Source: Myxococcales bacterium
GTDB taxonomy: Bacteria; Myxococcota_A; Polyangia; Polyangiales; Polyangiaceae
Assembly: GCA_043747615.1 (NCBI GenBank)
Contig: JAYTOU010000017.1
Location: 64,001-128,000 of the forward strand
DNA length: 64,000 nt
Direction of reading: 5' to 3'
How positions within the stretch are numbered: the first letter of the stretch is position 1; each line of letters starts with the position of its first letter. Made by a program: the position numbers and the translations under genes. Shown in pieces: positions 12,328 to 21,287 of this stretch. The notes beneath the pieces are model-generated. The model ran no database searches and was not told the origin of the DNA. It saw only the letters and a list, made by a program, of their open reading frames with translations.

Positions 12328-12452
12328 GGCACCGTAGGCAAACAAGGACGCCGAAGCAAGCGCTCCCCCGCAAAACATTGGCCACGCTTCCTTTCAGCCG
12401 GCGCGTAACGACCCGGCGCGTCGGCAAGGCACGCGTGCAGCACGATGACGGT

Positions 12453-13007
12453 TCACGGCCGGTGGGGTAGCTCGGTGCCGAGCAGGTGATCCCAGATCGC
12501 GGTCGACGTGTCGAAGTTCCCGTCGTGACGTCGGTGATGCGCGTCGTGACGGCGCTGCCGGCGGGCGAGCCACCCGTTCCCCGTGAAGCGGCGATCATGC
12601 AGCGTGTGGTGGAGAGCACCTTCGAAAAAGTGCGCGAGGAGCATCCCGCCTGCGAACACCGCCGCGCCTGGGGGCGCGAACACGACTCGGCCGAGCGCAA
12701 ACGTGGCTGCGCACGTCAAGAGACTCAGGAAGAATGGCGTCGCGATGAGCGCTGTCGGTCGCGCGTGGTGCTCGGCGTGAAGCGCCACAGCGTTCGAGGG
12801 CTCGGCAGCGTGAAACCACCAACGGTGAAACGCGTAGCGGTAGAAGGAGCTGATGGCGATGCCCGCGAAGAGCACTGCCAGCGCCGCGAGCACCGAGCCG
12901 CAATAGGTGGCGATGCCCACCACCACGAGCGCCGTCGAGATGCCCGCGTCGAGGACGAAGGCGCACCAGTAGTTGGCCGGGCTGGTGGTCATCCGATCGA
13001 GATTCAT
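12453..13007 (-). CDS. Fatty acid hydroxylase / sterol desaturase family membrane di-iron enzyme
   Basis: His boxes FHRWWFH, HAEHH, LHHTLH and HDAHH, plus C-terminal NF...WDHLLGT. ATG overlaps the NRPS stop. Confidence 0.88.
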   Translation of the reverse strand: MNLDRMTTSPANYWCAFVLDAGISTALVVVGIATYCGSVLAALAVLFAGIAISSFYRYAFHRWWFHAAEPSNAVALHAEHHARPTALIATPFFLSLLTCAATFALGRVVFAPPGAAVFAGGMLLAHFFEGALHHTLHDRRFTGNGWLARRQRRHDAHHRRHDGNFDTSTAIWDHLLGTELPHRP

Positions 13008-16000
13008 GGACGCACCCGTACTACACCGCGCCCATCGACGACCGCGCGGAGAACCTCGAGGATGCGATCGCTTATCTCCTCGAGACCCACCTGGTCCATG
13101 CCGCCGCCGTACAGGTTGATCACGAGATGGCCGCAATCGCTCCGCGTGACGTGTACCTGTAGGGTCGTGTCGAGCAGGAGATCGGTGTTGATCATGAGAT
13201 CACCGGGTTTGACGAGCATCGCGAACTCGCGCCGGCGCTGCACGCAGAGGCCCTCGTTCGGCTCGTAGACCTCGGGCAAGATGTTCACCGCGATCAGTAT
13301 ATCGCGGGTGCGGGGAGTCCGGCGACAGAGGCGCCCCCACGCGCGACGCATGACGCCCGCCGGATAAGGCACGAGCGCAAAGAAGTACTCCGCAAGCAAG
13401 TCGGGCTCGGCGTCTTTCCACCGCCGCGACAGCGCTGCACCGACGCGCACGACGAGCGCCCTCAACGGGCCCGGCGCGTTCGTCCAAAAGTCGTTGAAGA
13501 GCGTCGGTCGGCGCATCTGGTGATCAGCGTGGACATAGGAAATAGCCAGCTGCGCGCCGAGCCGTGCGACGAGCTCGTCGAGCGTGCCAGCTCCACTGTC
13601 GGCGATGCTGCAGCGCATGAGGGCGGTCAGGTTCGAGAAAAGATCGCGGGTAGGATCGAGCACGCGCTTGTCCAGTATGAGGAGGAGCGTCACGTCATCG
13701 GTCTCCGCGGTGCGCACCATCGCTGCGTAGACCGCACTGGTCACGGCCATCGGCACTGTCAGCGCACGCTGCCGGCAGTACGCGTCGAGGCGCCCCACGA
13801 GATCGGGCGGCAGCTCGCGCGAGGACAACGCCCGGGCGCTCTCACCCGCAAGCTTGGTCGTGAAGAGTCGGGCGGGCATCGTGGTCCACGCCGGCCGCCT
13901 CGTTTGCCAGTATGCAGCCTGGTGCTCGATTTCTTCTGCCCCGGACGCGCGCTCCCAGCGCACGAGATCGGCGAGGCTCGCAGTGGCGCGGCGTGCAGGC
14001 GTGGTGCCTTCGTAGCTCGTCTCGAGCGCACGGAGGAAGAGACCCATTGCCGCCATGTCGCCGACGAGGTGCGGCATCGCGACGAGCAGGCGATCGTCAC
14101 CGCCGGGGAGACGAACGAGGCGCGCGTGGATGTGCGGCGGCATCGCGAGATCGAAGTGGAGAGTGTTGTTGGCGTCGGATTCGTCCTGCAGCGCGTTCGC
14201 GCCACCGCTCGCGCGACGATCTACGATCGCAAAGCGCGACGTTCGCCGCGGACGAATGGTCTGCACCGGCGACCAACGCGAAAAGCTCATCCACAAGGCG
14301 TCGAACCCCGCGACAGTATCGCTGTAGGCCTGCTGCAGTCGCTCTACGTCGATGGCCTTCGTGAACCGGAAGGCGTCGCTCACGACAGCGTCTGCGCCGG
14401 TGAGCGCGGAGAAAAACCAGAACGGAAATTGGTAGAGGGTGAGTGGAAGCTCGCTTGGAAGCGCAGCTCCGGAGACGACGAGAGGCGCACGCTTAGACGC
14501 GGCTCCCGGGCCGAGCCCGTCGAGGTGGGCAGCCAACGCGGAAATCGTGGGGTGTGCAAAGATCGCCTGGATCGGAACGGGGATAGCGAACTCATCGCGC
14601 AGCCTCGCTGCAATCCGGATGGCGGCGAGCGAGTGGCCACCGACATCGTAGAAGCTCTCGGTGCGGCCTATGGGTCCACACGCGAGGCCGGCCTCCCAGG
14701 CAGCGGCAACGCGACGCTCGGTGTCTGTGAGGGCGACCGAGAGCGCGGCCCGGTCGATCTTTCCGTTGGCATTCCGCGGAAGCGCATCCATCGCTACGAA
14801 CCGACTCGGGGTCATGCCGTCTGGGACACGACTCGCGAAGTGGGTCCGCAGCTCACCGGGCTCGAGCGCGCGGTCAGCCGTGTAAAACGCGACGAGCGTG
14901 CGCCGCTCGCGCCCATCCTCCTCGGCGATAGCCACCGTGCGCCGAATGCCTGAAAAGAGCCCAAGAATCGCCTCGATCTCGTCGAGATCGACTCGCATGC
15001 CGCGAATCTTGACCTGCCGATCGGATCGCCCGACGCACTCGAGGTCTCCGCTCGCGAGGCGCCTCCCGAGATCGCCGGTACGGAAGAGCACGCCGCCATC
15101 GGCGGAGCGGTTCGCGTTGAAGCGCGCGCGTGTGAGCTCCGGGAGACCGAGGTAACCACGGGCGAGGCACTGCCCGGAGATACAGATCTCACCGACCTCG
15201 CCGTCCCTCACTTCAGCGAGGGTCTCGTCGACGATCCGCACCTGCACGCCGCGGATCGGGCGTCCGATGGGAGATCGTGCAGCGCCGGCGGGGAGGTGAT
15301 CGAAATCGAAATAGGTTGCGTCGCCCGCGACCTCGGTCGACCCGTAGAGGTTGACGAGCTTGCGTCCGGGCATCGCGTGCTTGAAGAGCGTCGCGAGCGG
15401 CGTCGGCACCGGCTCGCCACTTACGAAGCAATAGCGAAGAAGAGGCAGGCGGTCGCCGAGATCGGGAGAGACCTCGAAGAGCGTGCTGAGGAGCGACGGC
15501 ACGAGGACGATGCGAGTCACGCGCGCCGCAGCGAGATCGGCGATCATGAGCTCGAGGTCTTGCCGCGCTTCACGGCTGACGACGACCAGCGGAACACCAA
15601 AGGCGAGCGGCGCAAAGATCTCGGCGACCGAATCGACGAAGCCAAGCGCGGTGCGCGCGCAAGCGATCTCACCGGCCGCATACGGGTAGGTCTCCTCCGC
15701 CCAGCGAAGGCGATTGACGGCCGCGCGATGCAGTCCGACCACGCCCTTCGGACGTCCGGTGGAGCCCGATGTGTAGAGGATGTGCATCGCGTTGCCGGCG
15801 CTCACCAGAGACTCGAGGGCGCCCGGCGTGGTCGGCTCGGCGAGACGATCGGCGATGGCCGCGTGGGTGAGCACCACGTCGAGACGCGCGTCTGCAAAAA
15901 TGGACTCGCGCCACGAACGCGGTGAAGAGGGATCAAGTGGCACATACGCGCCGCCTGCCTTGAGGATTGCAAGGAGCGCCACGATCATGTCGGCCGACGG

Positions 16001-16204
16001 ATCGCAGCACAGGCCGACAGCGCTCTCGACGGTGACACCCGACGCATGGAGCGACTTCGCGAGACGGTCCGCGCGCTGGTCGACCTCGCAGTAGGTCAGG
16101 CGGAGACTTCCGTCGATCAAGGCAACGGCGGACGGAGTCCTCGCGACCTGGGCTTCGAAGAGCTGGTGAACGCAGCGCTCGTCGTTCCCTATTCCCGCGC
16201 TCAT
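13004..16204 (-). CDS. Stand-alone single-module NRPS (A-T-C), Ebony-like adenylation domain
   Basis: A-domain motifs YTSGSTGRPKG, NLYGSTE, FRTGD, GRSDRQVKIRG and NGKIDR. PCP GGHSL. Terminal C domain LPLTLYQ...PHLVGD. No thioesterase or reductase domain. Confidence 0.9.
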   Translation of the reverse strand: MSAGIGNDERCVHQLFEAQVARTPSAVALIDGSLRLTYCEVDQRADRLAKSLHASGVTVESAVGLCCDPSADMIVALLAILKAGGAYVPLDPSSPRSWRESIFADARLDVVLTHAAIADRLAEPTTPGALESLVSAGNAMHILYTSGSTGRPKGVVGLHRAAVNRLRWAEETYPYAAGEIACARTALGFVDSVAEIFAPLAFGVPLVVVSREARQDLELMIADLAAARVTRIVLVPSLLSTLFEVSPDLGDRLPLLRYCFVSGEPVPTPLATLFKHAMPGRKLVNLYGSTEVAGDATYFDFDHLPAGAARSPIGRPIRGVQVRIVDETLAEVRDGEVGEICISGQCLARGYLGLPELTRARFNANRSADGGVLFRTGDLGRRLASGDLECVGRSDRQVKIRGMRVDLDEIEAILGLFSGIRRTVAIAEEDGRERRTLVAFYTADRALEPGELRTHFASRVPDGMTPSRFVAMDALPRNANGKIDRAALSVALTDTERRVAAAWEAGLACGPIGRTESFYDVGGHSLAAIRIAARLRDEFAIPVPIQAIFAHPTISALAAHLDGLGPGAASKRAPLVVSGAALPSELPLTLYQFPFWFFSALTGADAVVSDAFRFTKAIDVERLQQAYSDTVAGFDALWMSFSRWSPVQTIRPRRTSRFAIVDRRASGGANALQDESDANNTLHFDLAMPPHIHARLVRLPGGDDRLLVAMPHLVGDMAAMGLFLRALETSYEGTTPARRATASLADLVRWERASGAEEIEHQAAYWQTRRPAWTTMPARLFTTKLAGESARALSSRELPPDLVGRLDAYCRQRALTVPMAVTSAVYAAMVRTAETDDVTLLLILDKRVLDPTRDLFSNLTALMRCSIADSGAGTLDELVARLGAQLAISYVHADHQMRRPTLFNDFWTNAPGPLRALVVRVGAALSRRWKDAEPDLLAEYFFALVPYPAGVMRRAWGRLCRRTPRTRDILIAVNILPEVYEPNEGLCVQRRREFAMLVKPGDLMINTDLLLDTTLQVHVTRSDCGHLVINLYGGGMDQVGLEEISDRILEVLRAVVDGRGVVRVRP

Positions 16205-16349
16205 CGCTGCAGCTTAGTCTGTTTGAATGTTTTCCCGGCGCGGTGTTGGGCGCGGCTCACTCTTGTGTGCTGGCTCTTGTGTGTCGGCCCGCGGGTGAGT
16301 ATCCAAAAGTGTCATCGATATTTCGTCGATGTCACGAGGAGAGACGATC

Positions 16350-16931
16350 ATGGCGCTACTGCGTAGAGGACTGTCGGGTGAACCCGTTCGAATTCTTCAA
16401 GGCAAGCTTGGAGTGAACGCCGACGGGGTATTCGGACAGGGCACGGAGGCGGCCCTCATCGAATACCAGAAGGCGAATGGGCTCTCCGCGGACGGCATCG
16501 CGGGCCCCGACACCTTCACGCAGATGGGCTTGCACGAGCTCGTGATCGTCACCAAGGGCATTCGCGGCGAGATGGTCAAGCGCGTTCAGACGGCGCTCGG
16601 CGCAGGCGCCGACGGCGAGTTCGGGCACGGGACCGAGGCGGCCGTGAAAAAGTTCCAGACGGACAATGGCATCGAGGCCACGGGCCAGGCCGATCCGACG
16701 ACGCTCGCAGCGATGCCGGGGTTCCCGGAGTTTACGCCCGAGAAGGTCGCGGCGTCGGTCGTGAGCGAATCCACTCCGCAGGTGGACACATCAGCGCTCG
16801 CGTCAGCGCAGGCCGAGGCACCTCCCGCACCGTCTTTTCTGCAGAAGGTCGAGCACGGAATCGTGGCCGCGGTCGAGGCTCCGTTCGTCATCGGCAAATC
16901 GATCTGGAGCACGGTGAAGAGCATCTTCTGA
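16350..16931 (+). CDS. Peptidoglycan-binding domain protein (two PG_binding_1 repeats)
   Basis: LRRGLSGEPVRILQ...ADGVFGQGTEAAL..YQ...GLSADGIAGPDT, present twice. SD GAGGAG. Confidence 0.88.
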   Translation: MALLRRGLSGEPVRILQGKLGVNADGVFGQGTEAALIEYQKANGLSADGIAGPDTFTQMGLHELVIVTKGIRGEMVKRVQTALGAGADGEFGHGTEAAVKKFQTDNGIEATGQADPTTLAAMPGFPEFTPEKVAASVVSESTPQVDTSALASAQAEAPPAPSFLQKVEHGIVAAVEAPFVIGKSIWSTVKSIF

Positions 16932-17189
16932 CACGGAACGCGCGTCGCGAGACGAAGGAGAGCCATCAAGGCGGCGAGCGCGGTCGATCTTTTCTGCATG
17001 TTCGTCACTCCAAGTCGGAAAGTTAGCTTAGTGCTGTTCGCACCTCGCCGAGTGCCGGCACCGGATTGCCACGGGTGTTGCCGTTAGCGCTCAGGTGGTC
17101 GTCCGTTCGATTCTCGCGAGCGCGCGACCGTTCGACCTACGCCGACATCGTACGGCCGAACGGGCTACTTCTTCTTTGAGGATCTACGA

Positions 17190-19106
17190 ATGAAACGACG
17201 ACTCGTGATTGCGCTTTCCGGATTTGTCGCGACGTCCGCGGTCGCTTCCACCGCCAGCGCGCAAGCGGTTCAGTCAGGCTACTCCGCCAACAATTTCGAG
17301 CCGTCCGAGCGCGGCAGCGACTGGTTCGCCAATGACTCGCTCGATCTGCGTGGACACTTCCGCTTCGCCGTCGGCGTGGTCGGAGACTTTGGCTATCGAG
17401 GCGTCATCGGAACGTACAACCCGGATGGGACCGTCCGCGCGTCCATCCTGCGCAATCAGATGTTCGTCAACGCGGGCGCCAGCGTGGTCATGTGGGAGCG
17501 ACTCCGCCTGGGTGTGAACCTCCCAGTCCAGGTCTTTGCCGACGGTCACACCGCGACGTCGGGCGGCGTTCGATACGCGCCTCCACAGAATGAACAGAGT
17601 GTTGGCGATTTGCGCATCAGCGCCGACCTCCGTCTTTTTGGCGTGTATGGCGATCCCTTCACCATGGCCGCGGGAGCCTCGGTCTTTGCGCCGATCGGTC
17701 AGCGAGATTCGTATACCGGTGACAACGTTGCGCGATTTTCACCCCACTTGCTCATGGCGGGCGATGCCGGATCGATCGCGTACTCCGCGCGCCTTGGCTA
17801 CCTGTGGCGCGACCTCAACGTCGACTACCTCGATACGCGGATCGGCAGCACGTTCCAGTTCGGAGGCGCAGTCGGTGTTCGCGTTCTCGACAAAAAGCTC
17901 CTGATCGGCCCTGAGCTTTTCGGCCAGACGAATCTCTCCAACGATCACGCATTCGAACAGCACGCGACGCCGATCGAGATCATGCTCGGCTCGCACCTCA
18001 ACGTCGCCGATCAATTCAAGCTCGGCGCAGGCGCGGGCACCTTCATCACCAAGGGTTACGGAGCGCCGGTATTCCGCGGTCTGGTGAGCATCGAGTGGGC
18101 TCCGGGTGCCGAGAAGCCCGATCGCGACAAGGACGGAATCCCGGACGACGTCGACGCGTGCCCCGACGTCGCTGGCGTGCACACCGACGATCCCAAGACG
18201 AACGGTTGCCCGCCTCCTCCGCCGGATCGCGATCACGACGGGATCCTCGACGGCGAAGACGCCTGTCCGGACGTACCGGGCGTGCGAACGAACGATCCAA
18301 AAACGAACGGTTGTCCGCCGCCACCTCCGGATCGCGACGGCGACGGAATTCCCGATGGCGAGGATGCGTGTCCGGATGTCCCGGGCGTGCGGACAGACGA
18401 TCCCAAGACGAATGGTTGTCCGGCAGATCGCGATCACGACACCATCATCGACAGCGAAGATGCCTGTCCCGATGTCCCCGGCGTCCGCACGAATGATCCG
18501 AAGACGAACGGCTGTCCGCCCGATCTCGACCGCGACAAGGACGGAATTCCCAACGACGTGGACGCGTGTCCCGACGTGCCCGGCCCGAAGAGCGACGATC
18601 CGAAGACGACCGGCTGCCCTCGCGTCTTCATCAAGAACTCTCAGATTCAGATCCTCGAGCAGCCGAAGTTCGACTTCAACAAGGCGGCGATCAAGACCGA
18701 GAGCGACTCGCTTCTCACGGAGGTCGTGAAGGTCGTGACCGACCATCCTGAGGTACATTTCGTACGGGTAGAAGGCCACACCGACAGCGTCGGCAGCGCC
18801 GACTACAACAAGAAGCTTTCCGCCCAGCGCGCTCAGTCGGTCGTCAAGTGGCTCGTCGCGCACGGCGTACCCGCAGACCACTTGACCGCCGTCGGGATGG
18901 GCAAAGAGAGGCCCCTCGTTCCGAACGACACCGACGCAAACCGCGCCCTCAACCGCCGCGTCGAGTTCCACATCGAGGACCAAGCGCCGACCACGAAGGA
19001 AGTCGTGAAGACGCCCGGCGGAGCGCTCGTTCCCGCGCCGCCTGCGACGAAGCCCGTGCCCGAAGGCGCTGCACCCACGCCCAAGAAGGATATTCCGAAG
19101 CCGTAA
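17190..19106 (+). CDS. OmpA-family protein: beta-barrel + 5 TSP3 repeats + OmpA C-terminal domain (TraB-like)
   Basis: Signal peptide ending ASA, DxDxDG..D.CP repeats, FDFNKA, EGHTD, LSAQRA and NRRVEF. Confidence 0.9.
   Translation: MKRRLVIALSGFVATSAVASTASAQAVQSGYSANNFEPSERGSDWFANDSLDLRGHFRFAVGVVGDFGYRGVIGTYNPDGTVRASILRNQMFVNAGASVVMWERLRLGVNLPVQVFADGHTATSGGVRYAPPQNEQSVGDLRISADLRLFGVYGDPFTMAAGASVFAPIGQRDSYTGDNVARFSPHLLMAGDAGSIAYSARLGYLWRDLNVDYLDTRIGSTFQFGGAVGVRVLDKKLLIGPELFGQTNLSNDHAFEQHATPIEIMLGSHLNVADQFKLGAGAGTFITKGYGAPVFRGLVSIEWAPGAEKPDRDKDGIPDDVDACPDVAGVHTDDPKTNGCPPPPPDRDHDGILDGEDACPDVPGVRTNDPKTNGCPPPPPDRDGDGIPDGEDACPDVPGVRTDDPKTNGCPADRDHDTIIDSEDACPDVPGVRTNDPKTNGCPPDLDRDKDGIPNDVDACPDVPGPKSDDPKTTGCPRVFIKNSQIQILEQPKFDFNKAAIKTESDSLLTEVVKVVTDHPEVHFVRVEGHTDSVGSADYNKKLSAQRAQSVVKWLVAHGVPADHLTAVGMGKERPLVPNDTDANRALNRRVEFHIEDQAPTTKEVVKTPGGALVPAPPATKPVPEGAAPTPKKDIPKP
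18120..18620 (+). repeat. Five coding tandem thrombospondin type-3-like repeats
   Basis: Unit DRDxDGIxDxxDACPDVPGVRTxDPKTNGCP of 32-35 aa, also similar at the DNA level. Confidence 0.9.
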
Positions 19107-19162
19107 CGGACGGAGCCTTCAGTCAGGCTTCTTCGGTTCCTTCGCCATCGGTGATCGTGCCC

Positions 19163-20416
19163 TTAGAAGAGGATGCCGCGAACACCGATGGCGGCGCCGC
19201 GATCGACCGGAAGTATCGTCGGTGTGATGCTGTCGAGCGCGCTCGTGGGGGCCACGTGTGCTTCGCGGCGATCGTCGTCCATCGATCCCGTCGCGAACCA
19301 CATTCCAGTGAGACCGAGTGCGCACCCGAGCGCGCCGAAGCCGAGCACTGCGTTGGTGCCGGCGTCGTGTCGGGCCGCAGCGTAGAGCCCTGCCCCAACG
19401 AGGTACCCCGTCGCTCCGCCGAGATCGAGCAATCGCACGCGCGCCACCATGGGAGAGACGGGCTCCGCGAGGAGAAGCCCGCCGAGTACGCCGGCGTTGA
19501 GCGCCACACCGGCCGCGAGCAGTGCCGGCGAAGCGTTGATGCCGCCGCCAGAGTACCTCGGTGGAGTGACGGCGCCGGCGATCGATCCGACCATCACCGA
19601 CGACCACAGGGCTGCCGAGCCCACGAACGACGCGCGGCCCGGCGTCGTCGGATGATAGGCCCCCAGCAAGCCTCCAGTGACGGCGCCTGCAGTCGACATG
19701 CCCCAGATGAACGAGGCCGCGACCGTCGGGCTCATCTGGCTGCTCGAGGACTTGAGGCTCTCACTGTAGAGCGTCCAGACGAGCCCCTCCTCGAACCCTA
19801 CGTAGAGGCCGCTGACGATCGATTGTGCGCCGCCGTAGCGCAGAGCGTGCGCTTGGGTGTCGGCGAGGGCGATCCCGATTTCGGTGAGCCCGATCATCGC
19901 AATGGGAAGTCCGATGAGGAGTCCGGAGCTCGGGTCGCGCTGGTTGTAGGTCGCGGCGACGTCGAGCCACACGCCCGTGCCCACGCCGAAGACCACTCCG
20001 TTCGCGTAGAGCGACACGAGCTCGTCGCCCGTGCGGCGGTCGAGGGCCTTCGGGGTGAGATGACTCTCGCCGAGATCGATGCGTCGCACGAAGGCGAGAT
20101 CGCGGCGCATCCACTCGCCCGCGAGATCCGCATCCTCACGAGCGATCGCGCGATCGACCTCGTTTTCGGCGATGCGCGCGAGATCCTCGAAGTTGGCGCG
20201 CGCAGCGGCGAAGTAGCCCTGGATAAGCTCCTCGCGTGCGGCCTCGTAGCGTTCGCGCCAAGGCGATTTTGAAGGGCTCCCTTCGTCGCGTGGCTGCACG
20301 TTCGGAAACGAGCGGGCTGGCGTAGGCACCAGCGGTGCCGGAGTCGTCGGCTCGTTCTGGGCGAACGCGGTTCGTGAAAGCATGCAACCTACAAGGATCA
20401 CCAGCGCACGCTTCAT
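19163..20416 (-). CDS. Hypothetical exported, Gly-rich multi-pass membrane protein
   Basis: Signal ending AFA, Pro linker, TPR-like helix pair, many Gly-rich hydrophobic segments, C-terminal RGILF. Confidence 0.65.
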   Translation of the reverse strand: MKRALVILVGCMLSRTAFAQNEPTTPAPLVPTPARSFPNVQPRDEGSPSKSPWRERYEAAREELIQGYFAAARANFEDLARIAENEVDRAIAREDADLAGEWMRRDLAFVRRIDLGESHLTPKALDRRTGDELVSLYANGVVFGVGTGVWLDVAATYNQRDPSSGLLIGLPIAMIGLTEIGIALADTQAHALRYGGAQSIVSGLYVGFEEGLVWTLYSESLKSSSSQMSPTVAASFIWGMSTAGAVTGGLLGAYHPTTPGRASFVGSAALWSSVMVGSIAGAVTPPRYSGGGINASPALLAAGVALNAGVLGGLLLAEPVSPMVARVRLLDLGGATGYLVGAGLYAAARHDAGTNAVLGFGALGCALGLTGMWFATGSMDDDRREAHVAPTSALDSITPTILPVDRGAAIGVRGILF

Positions 20417-20450
20417 GAGCGCAGCTTATACGGCACGGCTGTCGCCGTCC

Positions 20451-21239
20451 TCAGCTCACGCAGCCGACCTCGTAGAACTCACGACCGAACTCGTTCTCGA
20501 CGAGGGCGACGAGCGCCGGAGCAACCGCGAGCTGCGCATCGGGTACGAAGCACTCGCCGCAGTCGACCTTGAGAGCAAAACGATACGCGGCTCCTCCGGG
20601 CACCTTGGTGATCGCTCCGTCGAACGGGTTCGTGATGAGCGCGCTCTCCTTTGACGGCTCGAAAGTCCGACTGCATTTTTCGCACTCCGCGAAGATGCCG
20701 CTCGACGCGCCAAAGGCGGGCACGAGGTCCTCGTCGTCCCACTCGAACGCCAGGTCCTCGCCGCAACGGCAGATGCTGCGAACGAGCCCGATGTTCTCCG
20801 AGGCAGGGTAGACGTACTCGAGGCAGCGGTGCAGCTCGAGGGCGTAGGTGACGTTCCCCTCTGGTCTTCGCGAGAGCGGATACGCGCCGGGAAGGGCGCC
20901 ATCACCGTCGACGGGCCACACGAGACGAAGGTCCTCTCGGTCCGGATCATCGAGCCATTCCGCTTCGAGCGTGGGTGGGAGCGGCTCGGTGCTCGCTTCG
21001 ATCTTGGCGACGAGATCCTTACCGAAGACATTCTCGACCGTCGTCACCGCGTAGCCACCCGTCGCTCGCGCCCGCTCGGAGCGCTTGCCGTGGAAGCGTA
21101 GCTCCGCGAGCTCCGGAGATCCCGGAGCCACGATCCAGCCCTCCTTCCGGAGGCGCTCGACAAGCTTCGCGACCGAGCCCGCGGCTGGTGAGAAAACATT
21201 GCCCTTCGCGATCAGCCAACGCTCGTAGTCGACGCCCAT
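20451..21239 (-). CDS. Hypothetical protein with Cys clusters (CxC, CxxC, CxxC)
   Basis: Fills the gap between same-strand genes. Motifs CRC, CEKC and CGEC. TACGCT lies 7 nt before ATG 21239. Confidence 0.65.
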   Translation of the reverse strand: MGVDYERWLIAKGNVFSPAAGSVAKLVERLRKEGWIVAPGSPELAELRFHGKRSERARATGGYAVTTVENVFGKDLVAKIEASTEPLPPTLEAEWLDDPDREDLRLVWPVDGDGALPGAYPLSRRPEGNVTYALELHRCLEYVYPASENIGLVRSICRCGEDLAFEWDDEDLVPAFGASSGIFAECEKCSRTFEPSKESALITNPFDGAITKVPGGAAYRFALKVDCGECFVPDAQLAVAPALVALVENEFGREFYEVGCVS

Positions 21240-21287
21240 GCCGAGGAGCGTAGCCGACCACCGATCCAAATGTAGTCCAACCCTTAC

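Noticed and set aside
17054..17070. CCGGCACCGGATTGCC as a sigma54 promoter
   Set aside because: The GG-to-GC spacing is 9 nt rather than the required 10.
18120..18620. About 100-bp periodic repeats (also at 35647-36066) as a possible CRISPR array
   Set aside because: They are in-frame coding TSP3 repeats with synonymous variation, no unique spacers and no cas genes.
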